From Candidatus Thalassarchaeaceae archaeon (GTDB taxonomy: Archaea; Thermoplasmatota; Poseidoniia; Poseidoniales; Thalassarchaeaceae): a stretch of 12,002 nt of DNA. The DNA is taken from contig JASLKH010000086.1 in the NCBI GenBank assembly GCA_030747675.1, positions 1 through 12,002 on the forward strand. Reading direction: 5' to 3'. Each line of letters starts with the position of its first letter. The stretch's first letter is position 1. The position numbers were made by a program, and so were the translations under genes. This document shows, piece by piece, positions 6,301 through 12,002 of the stretch. The notes beneath the pieces are model-generated. The model was not told where the DNA came from. It saw only the letters and a list, made by a program, of their open reading frames with translations, and ran no database searches.

Positions 6301-8129
6301 TCATCACGTCGTTTGAGAATAACCAATCGAGTATTCTTTTGGAATTTAATTTCAGGTCTTCCAAAGAATTCTGAGTACACTCCATTGAGTATTGCAATTT
6401 CATCTCCGGGCTGTATTGAAGGTGCCGAAATGGGTACGGCAAAACTGTAGGCCACAACATCAATTCGTCCTGTTCCGTCTTGCATTGTGAAGCGCCATTT
6501 TGGTTTTCCAGATGCTGTCCGATTCTTTTGCCACGTAGTGTCTCGAATCGTCATTACCCTTCCAACAACGCTTCCAGCTGTGATTAGCCCGACAATGTCT
6601 TCTCCATCCCTTTCAGAAGGTTCAATAATTTCGACTGTGGATTCGTTGTCTAACTCTATCGAGGGGTTGTAATTCCATTCTGTCGGCCTTCCATTTTTGA
6701 TACGAATAAAAACTCCATTTTTGATACGTCGTGAAATAGCCCTTGGTTTGGGGATAAAGCAATTTTTCACTTCAATTCTATCAACACCTTGTTGTAAATA
6801 GAATTTGATTTCAATTCCTCCATCTGAATCTTTGATTGGCGTTAGTAACCCATTAACTTCACCACATAGGTCTACTCTTGTCACTAAATCAGTCGAATTA
6901 GTAATTGGCCATTTCTTCCCTGCATGGTCTAATCTATCTATTTCCGGTAAACTTCCCCTATTTTCTGCTGAAGGACAAATTGTAGCATGATCGCACGATT
7001 TACATCTTGCCAAAGGATCAGGGTCTTCTCCAATATGTGTACCGCCATTTTCGAAAAGTTGTACCTTTGAAGGCGTGGCTGGAAACTCATCTTCAGCTCC
7101 CCTATTTTTGAAAAGAGTATCATACGCTTCACGTAATTCTGAATCTATTTCATTAAGTCGCCTTTCATCGGGTGCTTGGATGACTTTGATTTGAGGTGCG
7201 CCAGCATACCATATACGTAGATCTTCAACACGTTCCGATTCCCCATGCGTTGACCACCATAGCCATGCATAAATTTCCAATTGCTTAACATATCCTGCAG
7301 ACCGGTCATTATTCCCCATTGCGGCTTTCAAATCTATAATGGAAATAGTTCCGTCCCAAGAATAAACAAAGTCATATTCTCCCCAAAACCAGTGTTCAGG
7401 ATGGACCGTTCCAAGTGAGAACGTGGCAGCATCTGGATCAACAAACCAAGGTCTAGCAACCTCCCATGCTTCCATTAGTGTACATCCCCCTTCGCTGACT
7501 GAAGGGTGTGGTTCAGACCACTTGAATGGAAATCCATCAGGTGGTGGCCATTCTGGCCTTTTCCCCTTTCGCCATTCATCAAGGGTAGGGCCACCATTTT
7601 CATCTAAACAGCGTTTGACTTCATCAAGGTGAAAATCAATTGTCGCTAGAGTCATCGATAGCATTTTTTCGTCATCAAGATCTTCACCACTTCCGATCGC
7701 CATTGGGTCATCTTCGAAAGATGCTACGTGCCCATCCTTGACATTAGTGAGGTGGATTGCGGCACGAGAATATGCCCATTCACGTAACGCTTCGATATTT
7801 GTAATGGGTTTTTGAGATGGTAATTTTGGGGCTGGCCACGATTCTACTGAATTTCGGTCCGGCCGACCATCTTCATCAATTGGTGATGATAGAACATCCC
7901 AATTCGCATCACTTGTAACTACTGCGGGGGATTCTCGGAGAACTCTACATACTGTGGACTCAACAATGTGGCCACGCATCATTGCGGGCACACTTGGCCC
8001 TTTCAGATATTCTACTCGCCGTAGGTACCAGGATCTAGGACATCCTTCATATTGGATTAGACTGGTAGCAGATAATCGTTCAAACTTACTAATCAACAGT
8101 GCATCGTCATCTACAATTTGAACAGGCAC
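6297..8129 (-). CDS. PD-(D/E)XK (Cas4/AddB/RecB-like) nuclease with a four-Cys Fe-S staple motif fused to C-terminal OB folds, paralogue B, 610 aa
   Basis: RLSATSLIQYEGCPRSWYL (C30), GHIVE, GEYD (D253), IIDLK (D266, K268), QLEIY and CKSCDHATIC (C376/379/385). The C-terminal region has OB-fold hallmarks (RFTMQDGTGRIDVVAY...IQPGDEIAILNG.....GRPEIKF). GTG start. The stop overlaps the SAMP stop (CTAG, 6297-6300). Confidence 0.85.
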   Translation of the reverse strand: MPVQIVDDDALLISKFERLSATSLIQYEGCPRSWYLRRVEYLKGPSVPAMMRGHIVESTVCRVLRESPAVVTSDANWDVLSSPIDEDGRPDRNSVESWPAPKLPSQKPITNIEALREWAYSRAAIHLTNVKDGHVASFEDDPMAIGSGEDLDDEKMLSMTLATIDFHLDEVKRCLDENGGPTLDEWRKGKRPEWPPPDGFPFKWSEPHPSVSEGGCTLMEAWEVARPWFVDPDAATFSLGTVHPEHWFWGEYDFVYSWDGTISIIDLKAAMGNNDRSAGYVKQLEIYAWLWWSTHGESERVEDLRIWYAGAPQIKVIQAPDERRLNEIDSELREAYDTLFKNRGAEDEFPATPSKVQLFENGGTHIGEDPDPLARCKSCDHATICPSAENRGSLPEIDRLDHAGKKWPITNSTDLVTRVDLCGEVNGLLTPIKDSDGGIEIKFYLQQGVDRIEVKNCFIPKPRAISRRIKNGVFIRIKNGRPTEWNYNPSIELDNESTVEIIEPSERDGEDIVGLITAGSVVGRVMTIRDTTWQKNRTASGKPKWRFTMQDGTGRIDVVAYSFAVPISAPSIQPGDEIAILNGVYSEFFGRPEIKFQKNTRLVILKRRDD

Positions 8130-8160
8130 ATTTCAGGCCTAGAGTTCACTGTCTTTGAAT

Positions 8161-9945
8161 CTATGGAGTATCTTGTTCTTCTTTTGATTCGCGAGGTAAC
8201 GTCTCAATTGTCAGCCGAGTATTTCTTGGGTCAATTCGAAGTTGAGGTGTTCCTTCTCTCCATCCTAATTCTGCAGACATCAAACGAATGTTATCACCAA
8301 TTTGTAAATTATCAAATGATTCACTTCTCCCTGAACCAAAAGCAACAACTTCGACTAATCCAGTTCCATCCCAAACATGCGCCATTGACATTGACCAGTT
8401 TCTTCCAGATGAATTGATACCACTATTGAATCCTCTACTAATGATGGTACCAGCGATATTAGCACGAGTCGGAATCAAACCTAATCGATTAATTTCCATA
8501 TCTTTGGCATCTTCAGAGGAAATAATTTTACTATCGATATCGAGATAGAGTCTAACCATCCCCCTCCATTGTCCTGGAGCAGCATCAACAATGACAAATT
8601 CACCTTTGTAATCATGCAAAATCGGAAATTGCCCGCATCCCATTTCCTCAATTACTGCAGATTTATCTCCAACCGTAATTGCAGCCCCTATCACACTACT
8701 GCCGAAGTGATTAGGGAGTGGACCCCAATGCCCATGCAAATTCCCTTTGACTGTAACTCGGCTTGGGAGGTTGGAAATAGGGGTAAATGGTGCTCCCGCG
8801 GTTGACTTTTTGAATTCAGGAATGAGGCGGTGTAATGGTTGTTCTTCTCCCCCGCGTGGATAATCACAAGTATCTAAACCATGGCAAACTTGACAAGACA
8901 ACCTTCCTTCAATAGTTGGTTTATCGGCATTAAGATTAAAATCATTCAGAGAGGCCAAAGTCATTTGTTGTTGGATTTTGGAAAGTCGGGGGGCCTCATT
9001 TTCAATTTCATCAATTAATCGAGCCTCATGCACGAATCCATCTGCAAGGTGCCAAGATTTCAAGGCGACAACAGGGCCACTTTTTACATGGTCAATAGGT
9101 TTCGAGGGATGATGCCGTGTTTCGATCCACAACCATTGATAAAATCGTAATTGAGTAGCAACTCCTGAGTGGTCACGCCCATGTCCTCGATTAGCTTTGA
9201 TATCGACAATCTGTACATCACCTCTCCAACGGTGTGCCATATCTAATTCGCCTGCAGCCCATCCATCGGGATGAAATAACCGCTGAGCACTGTTGATTCG
9301 GGGATCTTTTGCCCAAGGGCGAGATACTTCCCATGCCTCCCACCAACTGCAAGGCTCACCTTTTGCTTGCCAACCCTCACCTTTTCCTGAGTCCCAGCAT
9401 GGCGCAGGTGTTCCAAAAGGATCACCAATTTCACGAAATATTTCGAGAAATGGCCCCCCATTTTGTTCCAAGCACAATTTCGCTTCATTAATTTGGAGTT
9501 TGATGGCATTTTTCACCATCGCATTCAATTTTTCACGTTTTACATCATCTGGACTCCTTCCTTCTGCTTTCCAAATTATATTATCCCATCCTTCATTCAG
9601 TTGACGTCTAATTTCATCTACAATGGGTTGCATTAATGTCCGCAACCATGTTTGTAATTCATCGAGATTTGTGATGGTTAATATTTCGCCATGTTCACTT
9701 GTGACCCATTGTGTGTTTTTTTCTTTCATCCCATTCTCAGGATGAGGTCGCTCCATCCAAATTGCAGTGGCGGCTTCTTCAACAATATGCCCCAAAATCA
9801 TTTCAGGATGCTTCGGTACTTGCAGCCCCAATCTTCGTGTAAGGAACCAATCTCTCCGACAACGTTCCCATGTGACCATTGAAGAAGCAGACAACCTCCT
9901 TCTACTTCTGGCAAAAACACCAGTTGGTTGTGGTATCACTGGCAT
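8161..9945 (-). CDS. PD-(D/E)XK (Cas4/AddB/RecB-like) nuclease with a four-Cys Fe-S staple motif fused to C-terminal OB folds, paralogue A, 594 aa
   Basis: RLSASSMVTWERCRRDWFL (C29), GHIVE, GELD (D235), IVDIK (D248, K250), QLRFY and CQVCHGLDTC (C351/354/360). The C-terminal OB fold reads AHVWDGTGLVEVVAFG...LQIGDNIRL......EGTPQLRI. The start is set at ATG 9945 because it gives MPV like the paralogue and follows GAGTG. Confidence 0.85.
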   Translation of the reverse strand: MPVIPQPTGVFARSRRRLSASSMVTWERCRRDWFLTRRLGLQVPKHPEMILGHIVEEAATAIWMERPHPENGMKEKNTQWVTSEHGEILTITNLDELQTWLRTLMQPIVDEIRRQLNEGWDNIIWKAEGRSPDDVKREKLNAMVKNAIKLQINEAKLCLEQNGGPFLEIFREIGDPFGTPAPCWDSGKGEGWQAKGEPCSWWEAWEVSRPWAKDPRINSAQRLFHPDGWAAGELDMAHRWRGDVQIVDIKANRGHGRDHSGVATQLRFYQWLWIETRHHPSKPIDHVKSGPVVALKSWHLADGFVHEARLIDEIENEAPRLSKIQQQMTLASLNDFNLNADKPTIEGRLSCQVCHGLDTCDYPRGGEEQPLHRLIPEFKKSTAGAPFTPISNLPSRVTVKGNLHGHWGPLPNHFGSSVIGAAITVGDKSAVIEEMGCGQFPILHDYKGEFVIVDAAPGQWRGMVRLYLDIDSKIISSEDAKDMEINRLGLIPTRANIAGTIISRGFNSGINSSGRNWSMSMAHVWDGTGLVEVVAFGSGRSESFDNLQIGDNIRLMSAELGWREGTPQLRIDPRNTRLTIETLPRESKEEQDTP

Positions 9946-9954
9946 AATAAACAC

Positions 9955-11733
9955 TCATTCTGCATAGAAATATTCTCCTCTTGATTTTTGCTCTCGATCT
10001 TTCCTACTATCGTGTTTGTTGATACGTGGCCTATGGCTATCATGATCGCGTCGGAAGGTGATGCCAACTTGACTTAGAAAACGATTCATTCCTTTTCGGA
10101 GAGGCAGTGGCCCAACTGCTGAACCATTCTCTCCACCAACACCATCAAAAACAAGTAAGGAATCACTTACAATGTCTATGAAATAGATATCGTGATCGAT
10201 TACCATTGCTGCCTTCTCATTGACTTCCATTGTTTTCCTGATTGCTTTCGCTGCCTCCATTCTCGCATTCGCATCTAGGTGTGCACTTGGTTCATCTAGC
10301 AAGTATAGATCAGCATCTTTACCCAGGCAAATTGCAATACTAACTGCTTGTAATTCTCCACCTGATAATTTTCTAACATCTTGTTCTAGTAATTTGTCAA
10401 CTTGAAGTGGCCGAATCACAGTGGTGTGGAATTCACCTTTTCTCCATTTCGTTCCAATTTCACAATCGAGCCATAGGCGAACAGTCCCTTCAAAATCTGA
10501 TCTAACATGCTGCGGTTTGTAGGATATCTTCGCTTCCATAGTACACCAACCGGCATCCATTTCGATTTCACCAGCAACCATTTTGACCATGGTGGTTTTA
10601 CCTGTAGCATTAGGGCCTACAACACCTACTACCTCGGAACTGTGCACTTTACCAGTATCTGTTTTGAGTTGGAATGTACCTAATTTCTTCTCCAAGTCCC
10701 CCCATTCGAGAATTGGCTCCCCAATCTCTTCACCTCGCATTCTCCCCCGAAGGAACTGAATTGGTTTATCTCTAATTCGAATATTTTCTTGCTCTAAGAA
10801 ACCATCTAAGTATGCATTTATGGCTGTACGAGCGGGGCGTGGTGGCGTAAAAATTCCATATGCTGCTCGTTCGCCATACACGACGTGTATGAGGTCGCAC
10901 AAAACATCTAAAATTGCTAAATCATGCTCAATAACAATTACTCTTTTACCGGATTCAGATAATTTTTGGATAATTCTAACCATTCGCATTCTTTCGTAAA
11001 TGTCAAGATATGATGAAGGTTCATCAAAGAAGTATACATCAGCATCTTTCAGCAATGTTGCAGCAATTGCCACTCGTTGCAATTCACCACCTGATAATTC
11101 TGGTAAATTCCTTTCAAACAAATGGTTGATTGCTAATGCTTCAGCAGTTTCTTCAATGACTCCTCTTTGATCTACGCGTTGCAGCAATGCGCTTACCTTT
11201 CCATCGAAGGCACGAGGGATTTTGTCTACATATTGGGGTTTTACAGCTATACGGACACCTGAATCAGCGACTGTTGACATGAAATCACGAAGTTCTCCTC
11301 GTGGAAATGTTTCAATGATATCTTCCCATGGCCTTTCTCCCGATAACCATTCACCCAGATTGGGGCGAATTGTTCCTGAAAGGAGGTTTATTGCAGTTGA
11401 TTTCCCCATTCCATTCGCACCAAGAATACCTACAACTTGTTCTTCTCTTGGAACTGGTAATCTAAATAATCTAAACCCATTTTCCCCATAACGATGAATC
11501 ATATCTGTTTCCAGTTCGGATGGTAGGTTTGTAATTACTAGTGCATCAAATGGACATTTGTTTATGCAGATTCCACATCCTATACACAATGGTTCCGAGA
11601 TAATGGGTTTACCGTTTCCTTCATGCATCACAATACACTCAATCCCATTCCTAACAGGTGGACAAAATGATTGACATTCATCATTACATTTCTTTGGTTG
11701 ACAACGGTCTTCCAAAAGAACTGCAACTCGCAT
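9955..11733 (-). CDS. abce1: Ribosome recycling ATPase ABCE1 / RNase L inhibitor (RLI), 592 aa
   Basis: N-terminal two-cluster Fe-S domain (CQPKKCNDECQSFCP; CIGCGICINKCP). There are two NBDs, with Walker A GANGMGKS and GPNATGKT, signature LSGGELQ twice, and Walker B FFDEPS and LLDEPS. The C-terminus has ITFRRD...RPRINK. SD GGAGGGAG supports the ATG at 11733. Confidence 0.98.
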   Translation of the reverse strand: MRVAVLLEDRCQPKKCNDECQSFCPPVRNGIECIVMHEGNGKPIISEPLCIGCGICINKCPFDALVITNLPSELETDMIHRYGENGFRLFRLPVPREEQVVGILGANGMGKSTAINLLSGTIRPNLGEWLSGERPWEDIIETFPRGELRDFMSTVADSGVRIAVKPQYVDKIPRAFDGKVSALLQRVDQRGVIEETAEALAINHLFERNLPELSGGELQRVAIAATLLKDADVYFFDEPSSYLDIYERMRMVRIIQKLSESGKRVIVIEHDLAILDVLCDLIHVVYGERAAYGIFTPPRPARTAINAYLDGFLEQENIRIRDKPIQFLRGRMRGEEIGEPILEWGDLEKKLGTFQLKTDTGKVHSSEVVGVVGPNATGKTTMVKMVAGEIEMDAGWCTMEAKISYKPQHVRSDFEGTVRLWLDCEIGTKWRKGEFHTTVIRPLQVDKLLEQDVRKLSGGELQAVSIAICLGKDADLYLLDEPSAHLDANARMEAAKAIRKTMEVNEKAAMVIDHDIYFIDIVSDSLLVFDGVGGENGSAVGPLPLRKGMNRFLSQVGITFRRDHDSHRPRINKHDSRKDREQKSRGEYFYAE

Positions 11734-11817
11734 TGAATCTCCCTCCTGTTTGCTTCTTGACAAATTCCGTTCTTAATCGATGCGTGACTCACTAAACGAG
11801 AGTCCGCGTTTTTACAC

Positions 11818-12002
11818 TTAGAAAGAGAAGAACCGGTGCTTGAGGTACACACCTGCGGCCAGCGTCAATTTCTCTGCTTTGCTTAGTTTCACTCGTTCGG
11901 TGAAAACATCTCCACCACTTCTTTCTATTCGACGAAGGATACTTGAATAGAATGCTGACATTGCAGCAGGACTATAACGACTATTTTTTGGCAATAGTGG
12001 TA
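11818..12002 (-). CDS. Phytoene/squalene synthase family protein (CrtB-like), C-terminal fragment
   Basis: Not in the ORF track; translated by hand: ...PLLPKNSRYSPAAMSAFYSSILRRIERSGGDVFTERVKLSKAEKLTLAAGVYLKHRFFSF* (TAA at 11820-11818). This resembles the CrtB C-terminus (LP..sR..v......Y..IL..Ie....DvF..Rv.ls...Kl). The DDxxD motifs are outside the window. Confidence 0.68.
   Translation of the reverse strand, partial: PLLPKNSRYSPAAMSAFYSSILRRIERSGGDVFTERVKLSKAEKLTLAAGVYLKHRFFSF

Noticed and set aside
6297-9945. CRISPR-Cas adaptation module (cas4)
   Set aside because: The motifs are Cas4-like, but the proteins are about three times Cas4 length and carry OB folds. No cas1/cas2 or repeat-spacer array is in the window.
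8118-9967. Several 60-103 aa plus-strand ORFs over the nuclease genes
   Set aside because: They are antisense to long motif-bearing CDSs and have no SD or recognisable domains.
10350-11100. Near-identical short repeats (ccacctgataatt at about 10357 and 11086)
   Set aside because: They encode the LSGGE signature of the two ABCE1 nucleotide-binding domains and are not a DNA repeat element.

Overview
Archaeal core-genome window of housekeeping genes. The lineage is probably a marine Thermoplasmatota such as Marine Group II/Poseidoniales; this is inferred from protein style, not proven. Minus strand, left: 5' part of thiI, purF, rpl37e and two coupled hypothetical membrane proteins. Plus strand: the conserved archaeal operon rpl44e-rps27e-aIF2alpha-nop10-PAC2, then tRNA-Ser(CGA) and a ubiquitin-like SAMP/ThiS protein. 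Minus strand, right: 3' end of a phytoene/squalene synthase, ABCE1/RLI, and two tandem ~600-aa paralogues. Each paralogue fuses a Cas4/AddB-type PD-(D/E)XK nuclease with a four-Cys iron-staple motif to C-terminal RPA-like OB folds. This pair has no CRISPR, cas, helicase or mobile-element neighbour in the window and is the best candidate for an undescribed system. Other points: an E. coli-type (Fe-S-free) PurF in an archaeal gene position, an L44e that has lost its zinc ligands, and a shared non-canonical promoter signature (weak TATA plus GGTCG) upstream of rpl37e, rpl44e and the tRNA. No CRISPR array, IS element or pseudogene was seen. All homology calls come from motif recognition, not database searches.
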